64,000 nucleotides of DNA, from the IMG/VR virus record IMGVR_UViG_3300045012_000053, positions 37,361 through 101,360 of that record; one strand, written 5' to 3'. The DNA comes from a virus. The position numbers and the translations under genes were made by a program. Shown piece after piece: positions 44,966 to 55,010 of the stretch (within the stretch, counting starts at the first letter, position 1; each line of letters begins with the position of its first letter). Below the pieces are notes generated by a model, which did not search any database, was not told the origin of the DNA, and saw nothing but the letters and a program-made list of their open reading frames with translations.

Positions 44966-45523
44966 TCATTTTAACCTCTTTACGTAATTTTTGATACATT
45001 GCACCTGCTTCAAGAAGTCTGTGCCGCTCATTCTCAGTTTCATCCGGTTACAAATTTCGCAACAGGGGCGACAATTATTCCGCACATAGCCTACGTTGTT
45101 GTTCCACCGATCTATACCACGCGGTTTTTCTTTTTCACCACAATAGTGACAAGACTGAATTACTAGTGCTTTAAACTGTTCTATCGTTATAACAAACTTT
45201 AATTCTCTGTAACGAGCATTACGTTTGTATCGGACAAAAGAGCCATCTGGATTACAAGTTGAGCAAACGCTACGCTCTCTATTATGCTTGCAAAATCCTT
45301 GACCTCCGCACTCTCTACAGTATCGTCGACGGCGATTGTGTCTACAAAAATTGCTGCCCCCGCACTCCTTGCACGTAGAGCGATGATGATTATGTTGACA
45401 TATGCCGCTACCCTTGCAGATTTTACAGTTGCTGCGTCTCCGCTCGTGTTCACAAATGCTGCTGCCTTTGCAGTCTATACACTGAGCACGTCGTTTATTA
45501 TGAGTGCATTTTATATCCGTCAT
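44966..45523 (-). CDS. HNH-type endonuclease with tandem CxH-x5-CxxC repeats
   Basis: About 6 repeats like CEHERRRSNCKICKGSG; CHYCG...GIDR.NN.VGY...NCRPCC..CN. Confidence 0.85.
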   Translation of the reverse strand: MTDIKCTHNKRRAQCIDCKGSSICEHERRRSNCKICKGSGICQHNHHRSTCKECGGSNFCRHNRRRRYCRECGGQGFCKHNRERSVCSTCNPDGSFVRYKRNARYRELKFVITIEQFKALVIQSCHYCGEKEKPRGIDRWNNNVGYVRNNCRPCCEICNRMKLRMSGTDFLKQVQCIKNYVKRLK

Positions 45524-45933
45524 AATCCCAGACGATCTCTTCTTTTTGGGTCGTTCTGTTCGGCCTTCTCTTTCTCGTCGATTGTCTTGAAGTAGTTCAT
45601 GCTCTTCAATCCGTAGTTCCCGTACAAGCTGTGCCACATATCGTAGCAGAGAAAGCACACGCGGTGACTGATCGCGCCGTACAATCTTTTGCAAGCGCAT
45701 TTCTCGTCGTCGCACACGAACACAAGTTCTCTCACCACCTTCTCGTCGCCGGACAAAACATAGTTACATATTCGGCAGCGCGCTGGAAGCAGGCGGCGCA
45801 CCTTGTCGTACTGCCAGCAATTCAAGAACGCAGTGCGGGGCGTATCCGGATGCTTCTGGCCCTCTATCCACACCTTCAATTGGTTCATCCACTTCTGCCC
45901 CGTGGTTATCACGAATTTATACGCGAAATCCAC
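45520..45933 (-). CDS. Cys-rich hypothetical protein
   Basis: CRIC, C..CAC, CFLC. Confidence 0.55.
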   Translation of the reverse strand: MDFAYKFVITTGQKWMNQLKVWIEGQKHPDTPRTAFLNCWQYDKVRRLLPARCRICNYVLSGDEKVVRELVFVCDDEKCACKRLYGAISHRVCFLCYDMWHSLYGNYGLKSMNYFKTIDEKEKAEQNDPKRRDRLGL

Positions 45934-46388
45934 CCGTTGATAAAGACGCCGTCTTCTGGGTGAACGTTCACGATGTTCACCACGTGTTGAATCAGGGTCG
46001 TCTTGTAGCCGGGGAGTAAGCCACTAGATTGATTAACTGCGGCCAGCGTGTTCGGCCCGAAGACGCCGTCCGACACGAGACCGATCTCGTTCGTCATAGA
46101 AATTTGCAGCATCTTCACCGCAGTCGCTGCTCCGAAGAGAACGCCCATGTCAAAAACTTTTTCTGCGAGAAGCTGATCGGTGATCTGGGAATACAAAGGC
46201 TTCCAATAATTTTCTGCGTAATACTGGGCGGCTTGGTCCGCTGTGATGTTCGCGATGTTCACGCCTGGCATATCGGCTTGAGTGATGCCGTATTTGGTGG
46301 GACCGCCGCGGTCCGCCGGGTTGTTGACGTAGCCGCCCTCGTGGGTTAGCGTTTTCGAGACTGCTGTTTTAAAATCAGCCATTCCCAT
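45909..46388 (-). CDS. Endolysin, glycoside hydrolase family 108
   Basis: HEGGYVNNPADRGGPTKYGIT; DGVFGPNT; FINGWISRI. Confidence 0.9.
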   Translation of the reverse strand: MGMADFKTAVSKTLTHEGGYVNNPADRGGPTKYGITQADMPGVNIANITADQAAQYYAENYWKPLYSQITDQLLAEKVFDMGVLFGAATAVKMLQISMTNEIGLVSDGVFGPNTLAAVNQSSGLLPGYKTTLIQHVVNIVNVHPEDGVFINGWISRINS

Positions 46389-46989
46389 CCTCCATAATCA
46401 CGTGGGGCGCAAGGATATCGCCGCTTCGAAGATCAAGTCCGAATAAAACAGTTGCTCGCGGTTTCCCCGGTGGGTCACCTTCGAAGCCCTCCGGTCGAGG
46501 TTGGGGACCGAAAAATACGACACCAGCTGTTTTCTGAAATTCGTCTAATTCTACGCGTTTCTCGGTGCGCTGTGCTTTAATGACGTCGAGATATATTTCT
46601 CTTATATCACCAACGATGTTATGAAGCTGCGATTGCTCCGCAGTAAAACCAGCTTCGAAGTGGCCCTCATCGATGATGGTATTACCATCTTCTCCGTAAA
46701 CCTTACTTCTATACTCGTGACACATTCCGCCGTACTTCGATTGACGAATATATGCGCCGTCGTATCTTCCAGCATATCTCACAGACTTGTTGCTAAGATA
46801 ATAGAGTAGATCGAAAATTTCTAAACCAGTGATCTCTCCGGCTTCCATCTGTTCAAAACAATCCATGCATATCCAGCTAGAAGTTTGGCGACTTCTGCGT
46901 TCTTGCTCTTCTGGTGTAAGGCCAATGTGACCAAAACAACACGACTGCCACTGATGAGTACAACGTCTGCATTCCCAATAGTGAATCAT
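46375..46989 (-). CDS. Hypothetical protein with N-terminal Zn finger
   Basis: CRRC...CMDC. Confidence 0.55.
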   Translation of the reverse strand: MIHYWECRRCTHQWQSCCFGHIGLTPEEQERRSRQTSSWICMDCFEQMEAGEITGLEIFDLLYYLSNKSVRYAGRYDGAYIRQSKYGGMCHEYRSKVYGEDGNTIIDEGHFEAGFTAEQSQLHNIVGDIREIYLDVIKAQRTEKRVELDEFQKTAGVVFFGPQPRPEGFEGDPPGKPRATVLFGLDLRSGDILAPHVIMEDGNG

Positions 46990-47702
46990 TGTTCTCTCTT
47001 CGGTCCCCGCGCCTGATACTTGTCGGGGTGTGCTATGAACTTGTTGAATTCAACAACGTTATAACCTGTGTACTCGACCGCGAACAGCCGCTGCCACTTG
47101 TGCTTCAATTCTTTGGTCGGGTCGATGCCGAGGAGAGCCTTGTCTCGCTCCAATCGCTCCGCGCTGTGAAAGCCGTCCCAAATGTTGTGGAGGTGTCCGT
47201 GGACGTTCAACGCGCAACCCTCCGGCAGGCCCCACTCCATTGCTCCGTACGGCTTGTAGCCGTTCGACTTCACGACAGCATTGGCTGGCTCGTGCGTGAG
47301 AAGGACGTTGCGGAACACCATCTGATCGAGCGCGATGTGGAATCCGTGCTCCATCCACCACGTGCAAGAGTGCGCGCGGTCGTGGTTCCCACGAATGAGA
47401 ACCTTGCGGCCCGGCCACGCTTGAACCATCCACTCCCAGTCGGCGTACTTACCGATGCCGACATCACCGAGATGGATGAGCATATCGGTGTCTTTCACCG
47501 TGTTCATAACGTTCTTGTGAATGCGTTCCGTGAAGTCGGAGGGGCGCTGGCAGTACGTTTCCATTTTCTCGTGCTTCAAATGCGTATCGGAAATCAGGTA
47601 CACGTTCATGTTCTCGCCCTCCTGTATGTAGCCGTCGTACCAGTCGCGAACGCCGAACGAAGCGATCTCGGAGTCAGTAGGTAATACTATCACAGATTTC
47701 AT
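46986..47702 (-). CDS. Calcineurin-like metallophosphoesterase (start possibly 47609)
   Basis: SDTH, LGD, GNHD, THEP and HGHLH motifs. Confidence 0.9.
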   Translation of the reverse strand: MKSVIVLPTDSEIASFGVRDWYDGYIQEGENMNVYLISDTHLKHEKMETYCQRPSDFTERIHKNVMNTVKDTDMLIHLGDVGIGKYADWEWMVQAWPGRKVLIRGNHDRAHSCTWWMEHGFHIALDQMVFRNVLLTHEPANAVVKSNGYKPYGAMEWGLPEGCALNVHGHLHNIWDGFHSAERLERDKALLGIDPTKELKHKWQRLFAVEYTGYNVVEFNKFIAHPDKYQARGPKREQ

Positions 47703-48649
47703 GGTTTGTCAAGGTCTAATTCTGCATCGACCATCAGTCGGACCAGCTCCTTGAACCGCACCTTTGGCTCCCAGCCTAGAACGCGCTTTGCCTTGCTGGC
47801 GTCGCCTAATAGTAGATCGACCTCAGCGGGACGGTATAGCTCCGGGTCAGTCTTCACGTAGTTCTCCCAATCGAGGCCGAGGTATTCGAACGCCTCAGTC
47901 AAGAACTCGCGGATGGAGTGGGTCTCTCCGGTCGCCAAGACATAGTCATCCGGGAATGGCTGTTGGAGCATCATCCACATGCCTTCCACGTAATCCTTCG
48001 CGTAGCCCCAGTCGCGGCGCGCGTCCACATTCCCGAGCATCAGATTCTTTTGCTGGCCGCGTAGGATAGCGACCGCCGCCTTCGTGATCTTCTGAGTGAC
48101 GAATCCGGTTCCACGACGTGGGGACTCGTGGTTGAAGAGAATCCCGTTGCACGCGAACATATCGTAGCTCTCTCGGTAGTTCACCGTTGACCAAAACGCG
48201 AACTGCTTCGCGACGCCGTACGGGCTGCGCGGATAGAACGGGGTCTTTTCGTTCTGGGGTGTTTCCAAGGCCTTCCCGAATAGTTCGCTAGAACTGGCTT
48301 GGTAGAATCTGCCGCCGTGCGCGCGGCACAGTTCCAGCAGACGAAGCGCACCCAATCCGGTCACGTCGCCCGTGTATTCGGGCACTTCAAAGCTTGCGCG
48401 TACATCGCTTTGCGCGCCTAGGTTGTACACCTCATCGAACTGGTACTTTGCGAACACGTTTTCCACGGACTGGCTATCGGACAGATCACCGAGATGCAGA
48501 TGCAGATCGCCCAGCAGATGCTTGATACGCTCCGTATTAATGCTGCTAGCGCGGCGCAGTATGCCGTGTACCTCGTACCCTTTCTCTAGCAGCAGTTCCG
48601 AGAGATAGGAACCATCTTGACCGCTGACGCCCGTAACCAATGCTCTCAT
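47699..48649 (-). CDS. gmd: GDP-mannose 4,6-dehydratase
   Basis: [50 protein letters not shown]. Confidence 0.95.
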   Translation of the reverse strand: MRALVTGVSGQDGSYLSELLLEKGYEVHGILRRASSINTERIKHLLGDLHLHLGDLSDSQSVENVFAKYQFDEVYNLGAQSDVRASFEVPEYTGDVTGLGALRLLELCRAHGGRFYQASSSELFGKALETPQNEKTPFYPRSPYGVAKQFAFWSTVNYRESYDMFACNGILFNHESPRRGTGFVTQKITKAAVAILRGQQKNLMLGNVDARRDWGYAKDYVEGMWMMLQQPFPDDYVLATGETHSIREFLTEAFEYLGLDWENYVKTDPELYRPAEVDLLLGDASKAKRVLGWEPKVRFKELVRLMVDAELDLDKP

Positions 48650-49854
48650 GTAGTCTCCAAGTATGGGAGTGGAAATACCAGCTTCTGGCCTTTGTACTTT
48701 GCGCTGTCTTTGAAAAAACTCTTAAAGTGCCACGGGAGAACGATCAAGTAGTCAAACTTCCCCACCACTTCCGATTCCGGCACGATGGGTATCCACGTTC
48801 CCGGAGTGTAGCACCCGAACTTATCCGGGTTCACTTCTCCGATACAAGGAATGTCCTTCTCAGTCAAGCCGCAGTACTGTAACAACACGTTGCCTTTGGT
48901 GGATGCGCCGAGGGCCGCAATTGTTTTTCCTTCCGCCTTCACGGAATCGATGAACTCAAGCAGCCTGCGCTTTGATTCCAAAGTTTTTTCCGCAAAATCT
49001 TGAAACGGCGCGGAGGTATTAAATCCGCGTATAGTCTCGTAATCGAGAACCTTCTGCACTGAAAGAGAGGGCCAGCTTCCCGGCTTTTTTGATAAGGTTA
49101 CCGAGAAACTGCCACCGTTAACTGTATTAAATTCCACATCAAGGATGTTGAAGCCCACGCGATCAGCCATCCACTTGATCTGCCACAGCCCGTAAAATTC
49201 TAGGTGCTCGTGGCAAACGGTATCATAAGAGTTTGTTTGCAGCATGGACGGCATATAGCTCTGTTCGATTACCCAAATGCCGTCGTCATCCAGTGATTTG
49301 TAAATGTCTCTCATGAAGGCCATTGGGTCTTCTAAGTCGTAGAACATAGAGAACGACGTGATGACCTTAGCCTTCGGGAACCGCGAGAGGAACGACTCAG
49401 CTGAAAAGAAATCAGGAATCAACTCGATGTACCACGGGTACTCGGAGAGAAACTTCGTCCCCGCCGGGTCGTAGCCAACCGGGATAGCCGCGTGAGGATA
49501 CGCTTTCAACGTGGTTCCGTCGTTGCTACCGATGTCTAAAACCACGTCGCCCATGTTCAGCTTGATCTGGCTTAAAATTCTCTCCACCTTTCGTTGTAGG
49601 TGCCACACCATACTGATATTCAAGCCAGAGCGGTAGCCGTAATTATCGCCGTACATCTCGGAGGAATCGTAGGAGTGTTCCAGTTGTACCAGTCCGCAAC
49701 CACGGACGCATCTCACCAGACGGAGCGGTCCCGTGGTGATCTTCTCGTGCTTCACCTTCGGGAAGACTCCGGTGAGCGCTTGCTCTCCCAAGTCGAGCAC
49801 GAGTTCGAGGTTTCGGTTTCCGCAGATGCGGCAGCTATCGATTTTCTTTGTCAT
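48646..49854 (-). CDS. NDP-sugar C-methyltransferase
   Basis: CRICG Zn site, [33 protein letters not shown]. Confidence 0.9.
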   Translation of the reverse strand: MTKKIDSCRICGNRNLELVLDLGEQALTGVFPKVKHEKITTGPLRLVRCVRGCGLVQLEHSYDSSEMYGDNYGYRSGLNISMVWHLQRKVERILSQIKLNMGDVVLDIGSNDGTTLKAYPHAAIPVGYDPAGTKFLSEYPWYIELIPDFFSAESFLSRFPKAKVITSFSMFYDLEDPMAFMRDIYKSLDDDGIWVIEQSYMPSMLQTNSYDTVCHEHLEFYGLWQIKWMADRVGFNILDVEFNTVNGGSFSVTLSKKPGSWPSLSVQKVLDYETIRGFNTSAPFQDFAEKTLESKRRLLEFIDSVKAEGKTIAALGASTKGNVLLQYCGLTEKDIPCIGEVNPDKFGCYTPGTWIPIVPESEVVGKFDYLIVLPWHFKSFFKDSAKYKGQKLVFPLPYLETT

Positions 49855-50095
49855 ACATTTTTGTGCTGCCCTGCTTGTACGTCTTCTGCTTTTCTCCCGA
49901 AGCGATCTGGTTCAACTCCTCATCTATCGCTTGTATCAAATCATTGCGCTGCTGGTTCACGACGTTGGTTATTCTGGTAGCGTCCGCGATCTGCTTGTCT
50001 GTCGCGCTCGCGTTTCTTTTCACGTCTTCCGCCATCCAGATGCGCAGGTTCGCGATGGTCAGCTGATCGATCAGATTTCCGATGGTGATCTTCAT
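49835..50095 (-). CDS. DUF4254-like helical protein
   Basis: TIGNLIDQLTI.NLRIW.AED...NQQRNDLIQAID. Confidence 0.7.
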   Translation of the reverse strand: MKITIGNLIDQLTIANLRIWMAEDVKRNASATDKQIADATRITNVVNQQRNDLIQAIDEELNQIASGEKQKTYKQGSTKMYDKENR

Positions 50096-51078
50096 AGTCG
50101 GCCTAGTAGGGCGCGAAGTCTCGAACGGAACTCTTCCCGGTGGTTCGCCTTCGGGGGGAACCGCAGCTCGTGCTCCGGAGGATTCTGCCCCGGCGGGTCC
50201 GCGACCACCAGCTCTATCGGCCCGTTTGCGAGCGACACCGTGCTCATAATGAAGGAGCCGCAGTACTGAATCTTCGGCGTCGGCTTGTTGCCCCAGCAGC
50301 TCGTCGCCACAGATATCCCGCTGGATATCCCAGTGAAGAGATCGCAGTAGTTGTTGACCAGCGCGGTTTGACGCACCGTGAACTGGTTGCAGTTGAACAC
50401 GCCGTCGTCTCCAAATCTGGTGTAGTCCCCGGCGCACGCAAATACGATGTTACACTTGCCCCACTTCTGGCGGCACATCGCGATCACTTCCCGCGTCAAG
50501 TCATCATCCCAGTGAGACTTGCCGGATGTGAAGTTTGTCTCCATCATCACAGTCTTTTGATGCGGAAACTTCGAACAGAACTCTTTTACTGATTCCCGCT
50601 CTTGATCGGTAAAACCTAAGTACGGGTGCCACTCCCACGCGGGGTCGGCCCCGAACACCTTTCTGGAAATGTTAGGGTAGTCAATTCCGTGGCGCTGCGC
50701 CAAGGTCATCATCCACGGGGTGGGAAAGTAGCCCTCGTCCAAATCCTTGGTGGACTCGAACTGGTGCTTCCGATCTTGATGAAGGCGATTGTCGGAATTC
50801 ATCAGCACGCTAAAGTCGGCCCACGGCAGGTCCTTCGAAAGACCGTCGGCTATTCTTTGGTTCTCCAACACGCAACGCTCCGGCAGCTTCCAGCCCTCCG
50901 GCCAGTGTCGGACTTCCGCGATGGCGTCGTTATGGTTCAAGACTTCTCGGAACCGTTCACCGCAGAACCAGATAACGTCCTTGTCCGGCCAGAGCACGTC
51001 CTTGTATTTCAACACGGACATCGCGCTCATAATGTCGCCGTTCAATCCGGGTAGGAATATTCCTATCTTGCCTCTCAT
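50092..51078 (-). CDS. GT-B (GT9-like) glycosyltransferase
   Basis: GLNGDIM and CDLFTGISSGIS motifs. Confidence 0.65.
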   Translation of the reverse strand: MRGKIGIFLPGLNGDIMSAMSVLKYKDVLWPDKDVIWFCGERFREVLNHNDAIAEVRHWPEGWKLPERCVLENQRIADGLSKDLPWADFSVLMNSDNRLHQDRKHQFESTKDLDEGYFPTPWMMTLAQRHGIDYPNISRKVFGADPAWEWHPYLGFTDQERESVKEFCSKFPHQKTVMMETNFTSGKSHWDDDLTREVIAMCRQKWGKCNIVFACAGDYTRFGDDGVFNCNQFTVRQTALVNNYCDLFTGISSGISVATSCWGNKPTPKIQYCGSFIMSTVSLANGPIELVVADPPGQNPPEHELRFPPKANHREEFRSRLRALLGRL

Positions 51079-51608
51079 CGCGTCCACCAATCCTCGAACG
51101 GCATCCCGTTCACTGGTACTCCGTTTAGTACGCACGGCGGGGAGAGCACGTCCGGCACCGCGAGCGTGTAACCCTGTTCTAGTAGAAACTCTCGAATGGC
51201 GTCCCGCTTTTCCAGCTTGATGCCCATGCTGTCATGCTCCACCGTGGCGCAGCGGAACGTTACGCCAGCAGCGGCTAGATTACGGAGCACTTGAAGTTCT
51301 TCCCCGTACAAGTCTAGAGACAGGTAGCCGATCTCAAGCGGCAAGCCATTCGCTGTCAGCACTGCGCGCCAGTCAACGTCCAGCGCGTTCGCGCAAATAG
51401 CCGGGCAGCTTCTGTACTGACTCCAAGACGATATGAACAGGTTCTCGAAATCGATAGCCAGTCCCTTCCAGCCGATGTGCTCCAAGGCATAAGTGTTATT
51501 TCCCGAGAACGGCTCCATGCACCCGATGTCCAAGAACGTAAAGTTGCCGCTGGAGTTTTCTGCGGCCCACAAGTCTTGTCCCGACTGGCTCCAAGATTTC
51601 TTTATCAT
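51075..51608 (-). CDS. FkbM-like SAM methyltransferase
   Basis: SQSGQD, FLDIG, NNT..LE..GWKG, YLSLD, TVEHD, FEDWW. Confidence 0.8.
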   Translation of the reverse strand: MIKKSWSQSGQDLWAAENSSGNFTFLDIGCMEPFSGNNTYALEHIGWKGLAIDFENLFISSWSQYRSCPAICANALDVDWRAVLTANGLPLEIGYLSLDLYGEELQVLRNLAAAGVTFRCATVEHDSMGIKLEKRDAIREFLLEQGYTLAVPDVLSPPCVLNGVPVNGMPFEDWWTR

Positions 51609-52237
51609 ACGACTCCCGTTAATTTCGCAATCACGTCTTCCGGATAGCAGGAGCTGCTTCTCACTTTCTCAATGACGTCGCTGGTAAAGTGCTGCGGGTC
51701 GAGGTACCAGTCTTCGAACGGGTAATCCTCAAGCTCGGGCTGGCGAACAAAAATGTCTGCGCACGCTAGGACGTATCCCTTGCTCAAAAGAAACTCCCTT
51801 TGGGGCGCGCGATATTTGTCACCGTGGAGATACGCGTCGTGCTCGATGCCGATGATTTTGAATCGGTACTGATCGTGAGGGAGAAGCTTGGCGACTTCCA
51901 AGTCCAGCACGTCCACGTCGAGGGACAGGAAGTCGATGGAAGACGGCATGCGCATCTTCGAAAACACATCCGCATAATCGACCTTCGTAGCGTCTGTGTT
52001 GAGATAGAGACAGGCGTTTCTGTCGGCATAAGTGAGGTTGTAATAGCTTTCTAGTTCGATGCACAACCCGCGCCAACCCAGCCGGGCATCCAAATAAGTC
52101 GAATTATTGTGATGAGTCGAATGCGCCGAACCGATATCGACGTAGGTACCGCCTGTTTTAAAGTTTAACAAGCGGGCGCAGAATTCGTCGAGCCGGGAAC
52201 CGCTGTGGCAGTAAGGAAAATTCACAAAACTTTTCAT
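51605..52237 (-). CDS. FkbM-like SAM methyltransferase
   Basis: YVDIG, NNS, GWRGLCIE, FLSLDVD, IEHD, FEDWY. Confidence 0.8.
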   Translation of the reverse strand: MKSFVNFPYCHSGSRLDEFCARLLNFKTGGTYVDIGSAHSTHHNNSTYLDARLGWRGLCIELESYYNLTYADRNACLYLNTDATKVDYADVFSKMRMPSSIDFLSLDVDVLDLEVAKLLPHDQYRFKIIGIEHDAYLHGDKYRAPQREFLLSKGYVLACADIFVRQPELEDYPFEDWYLDPQHFTSDVIEKVRSSSCYPEDVIAKLTGVV

Positions 52238-52794
52238 GATCGAACCCTCACATAAAAAATCGTTTCGTTGCCTACCACTTCCTCGGTATAACTGGGGAAC
52301 ATCTGCGTCAGTTCTTCTTTGTTGAAGGCAAGCGTCGGGATGTCGCCCTGCCAGAGCGGACTTCCAATGACGTAATGCCGAGTCTCTTCAACGAACGGCG
52401 TGAACGTGATGACTACCAATCTCTCGCAGGAAGCGAGCGCGTTTCTGAGAATGTCTTTCCACTCAAAGTTGTGTTCCAAAACGCCGCGAAGGAGAATGCC
52501 ATAAGTGCTCGATTTATAATCACGAAGATCGGCGACCACGTGCGCGTAGTCATCCGTTCCATCCACTCCGGTATATCCGTGAGTAAAGAAGTGTCGCGCG
52601 TAACAGGTGCCGCAGCCCCAGTCTTCCACGGGTCCGTTGTCGAGCCAAGCCGCTGCCTTACGATACGTTGAATCTGTTCCGTTCGGCTCCAAATAGGCTT
52701 CGCCTTTGTTATCATTGGTGGATTCTTCCCGCAGTCCCTTCCACCGATTTATCATATTGACGCGCTCGCTCACCCTATTCTCCCTTTGAGCCAT
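52234..52794 (-). CDS. Class I SAM methyltransferase
   Basis: VEDWGCG, YTGVD, VLEH. Confidence 0.75.
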   Translation of the reverse strand: MAQRENRVSERVNMINRWKGLREESTNDNKGEAYLEPNGTDSTYRKAAAWLDNGPVEDWGCGTCYARHFFTHGYTGVDGTDDYAHVVADLRDYKSSTYGILLRGVLEHNFEWKDILRNALASCERLVVITFTPFVEETRHYVIGSPLWQGDIPTLAFNKEELTQMFPSYTEEVVGNETIFYVRVRS

Positions 52795-53561
52795 TCTGTC
52801 TTCTGACGGTGGTAGTCGCTACCCCGATGGTTCCAGTTGGAGCCGGAGCGGTAGTGTAATACTGTAGCACACTTGTCCCCGTTTGTCAAGTAGAATTCAT
52901 CGTAGTCGGCCTCTTGGAAGTGCTTGCGGTTCACGTGCGCGACGTCGAGGTCGGGATGCGATTGAAAGTAGTGATAGGTCTGCCCGCCCACGTCCACGGG
53001 CACGTCTTCCACCCGTCCGCACCACCAGTTGAGAGTCCCAGCGTCCGGCAGGGTCGCCATATTTGCTAGCATGAACGTCGGCCACATATAGCGGAAGGTC
53101 CGTCCGTCTGCGTGTGGCTTGCCGTCCGGCACGTTGAGCATCTGGTGAGGGTCCAGCATTTCCGTTAAACTCAGCGGCTCGATCAGGAACACGTCCGAAT
53201 CGAGGATGGCGATGTTGCCCTTCTCCTTCGAGATGTAGTTCTCCCAAGCGTAGCAGAGCGCGTACGCGTGCGCCACATTGGCACTGGTATACAGTCCTTG
53301 ATGGTTGAACACGGGGCCGCTGGGTTCGATATCTTGACACCGTCTCATCAGGTCGGGAATCTTCACGACATCGATCACGTTCACGCCGACCGACTTGCCT
53401 ACGCTGTGAAGATCGTGGTACTTCGCGCCGCCCGTGCTGTCGAACTGCGCGTTGTTGAACACGGTCAGCTCGAACTCTTCTCGGAGATGCTTCCGAAACG
53501 AGTGCATCTGTAGCTCGATGAAGTCTGGGCGGTTTGCGCCGAAGCTGAATATGGAAATCAT
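52770..53561 (-). CDS. GT-A glycosyltransferase-like protein
   Basis: RPDFIELQ, ILDSDVFL, DVGG, HYRSGSNW. Confidence 0.7.
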   Translation of the reverse strand: MISIFSFGANRPDFIELQMHSFRKHLREEFELTVFNNAQFDSTGGAKYHDLHSVGKSVGVNVIDVVKIPDLMRRCQDIEPSGPVFNHQGLYTSANVAHAYALCYAWENYISKEKGNIAILDSDVFLIEPLSLTEMLDPHQMLNVPDGKPHADGRTFRYMWPTFMLANMATLPDAGTLNWWCGRVEDVPVDVGGQTYHYFQSHPDLDVAHVNRKHFQEADYDEFYLTNGDKCATVLHYRSGSNWNHRGSDYHRQKTEWLKGRIG

Positions 53562-54049
53562 TAATTTCTTCTCCTAGCACGGCGGTCACTAGCCAGCGAT
53601 TGTTGCCAAATATAAAAATCATAAACTGTTTGAAAAACCTTGCGCCGAGTCGACGTAAATCTCCAAACTACTTTATACTTTCTGCCTGCCCTATATTCTA
53701 AAATTGCTCTGGCCCATTGAACCACAGATAGCCAATCCTGCTTGGGTCCTTTTTCTTCCAAATATTCTTTTCTAAAATCAGGCCACCCGAATCCTTTTGT
53801 TGCTTTCAGTAAAATCTTGGAAGAAATAAAACGCTCAGAAACCAAAAACTTTATTTCAGTTTTTGAAAATTCATCTCCATATTTCTTCTTTTTAACTGGC
53901 GCTTCAATTTGTTTTAAAAACAACCTCAGCGTACTTTTTGCTGATCGAGCAAGCCTGTTATTAAAGTCAATGAGATCACCGCATTCTGAGCATTGTCTAG
54001 TTTCTATTTTATGCTTGCAACGCTTAATCATTGAGGAGTCCATTATCAA
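53561..54049 (-). CDS. AT-rich inserted ORF with CxH-x5-CxxC start
   Basis: Sharp drop in GC; K-rich; CKHKIETRQCSEC. Confidence 0.55.
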   Translation of the reverse strand: MIMDSSMIKRCKHKIETRQCSECGDLIDFNNRLARSAKSTLRLFLKQIEAPVKKKKYGDEFSKTEIKFLVSERFISSKILLKATKGFGWPDFRKEYLEEKGPKQDWLSVVQWARAILEYRAGRKYKVVWRFTSTRRKVFQTVYDFYIWQQSLASDRRARRRN

Positions 54050-55010
54050 ACAACAAACAAGTTAGAGCGTCGTAATTCATCTCGGCGTTTTGTGAACTGA
54101 ATTCTCTCGTCAGAGCCGGGTACTCGGTTGCACCCGTGAACACAGATCGGATTACATAATATTCGCCGCGAAGAACTGTTCTGGAAACTTCTTCCTCGCT
54201 GACAAGTATCTCGTGCGTCTTCTCTCCCGGGCGAGCGCCCACGAATTCAACCTTGATGTCTCTGCACCCGATGATCTTGTGCGCGATGTCTATCACGGCT
54301 GCGGACGGAATGATAGGGACGTAAATTTCCCCATTCAGTCCGCGCTCCACGGCCTCGAATACGGTGTCGACCGCCTTGTCCAGCGTGAGAAGGAACCGGG
54401 TCATGTGACCGTCGGTGACGGTGACTGGTCCTCCCTTCCTAATCTGCTGCTTGAAGAGGGGAATTACGGAACCCGTCGATGCCAGCACGTTGCCGTAACG
54501 GACGCACAAAAATGTTGTCCCGGGGCAGCGTTCCTGCCCGGATAAGAAGATGCGCTCTTGAATCGCTTTCGTCATTCCCATCACATTCACGGGCTTGCAC
54601 GCCTTGTCGGTCGAGATTCCGACCACGAATAGAGGACTGGTCACTTGCGCAGCTCGTACGATATTCTCCGCGCCGTCGATGTTGGTGCGCACCGCTTCGT
54701 GAGGAAAATACTCGCAAGACGGAACCTGCTTCAAAGCCGCCGCGTTGAACACGATGTCGACGTTTTCCATGCAACTAACCACTGTGTGGTAGTCTCGCAC
54801 GTCTCCGATACGGAACTGAACGATATCCTTAAACTTCTCCGAAGAAGCGTACTCCTGCTTCAAAGCTGACTGCTTCGCCTCGTCACGGGAGAGAACAGTA
54901 ATTCGGTACGGCAAGCCCTTCTCGCCAGAGAGTAAGCGTCGCAGGAGTGTGCTACCAAGCGAACCTGTGCCGCCTGTAATTAGAATTTGTTTGCCGTCAA
55001 ATAGCGCCAT
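54024..55010 (-). CDS. UDP-GlcNAc 4,6-dehydratase (FnlA/PseB/CapE-like)
   Basis: TGGTGSLG, SRDEAKQ, AALKQVPSCE, STDKA, RYGNV, MTRF, RPGEK. Confidence 0.9.
   Translation of the reverse strand: MALFDGKQILITGGTGSLGSTLLRRLLSGEKGLPYRITVLSRDEAKQSALKQEYASSEKFKDIVQFRIGDVRDYHTVVSCMENVDIVFNAAALKQVPSCEYFPHEAVRTNIDGAENIVRAAQVTSPLFVVGISTDKACKPVNVMGMTKAIQERIFLSGQERCPGTTFLCVRYGNVLASTGSVIPLFKQQIRKGGPVTVTDGHMTRFLLTLDKAVDTVFEAVERGLNGEIYVPIIPSAAVIDIAHKIIGCRDIKVEFVGARPGEKTHEILVSEEEVSRTVLRGEYYVIRSVFTGATEYPALTREFSSQNAEMNYDALTCLLFDNGLLND

Noticed and set aside
49835-50437. 200-aa ORF as annotated in the track
   Set aside because: The 5' part overlaps the GT gene; the real gene starts at ATG 50095
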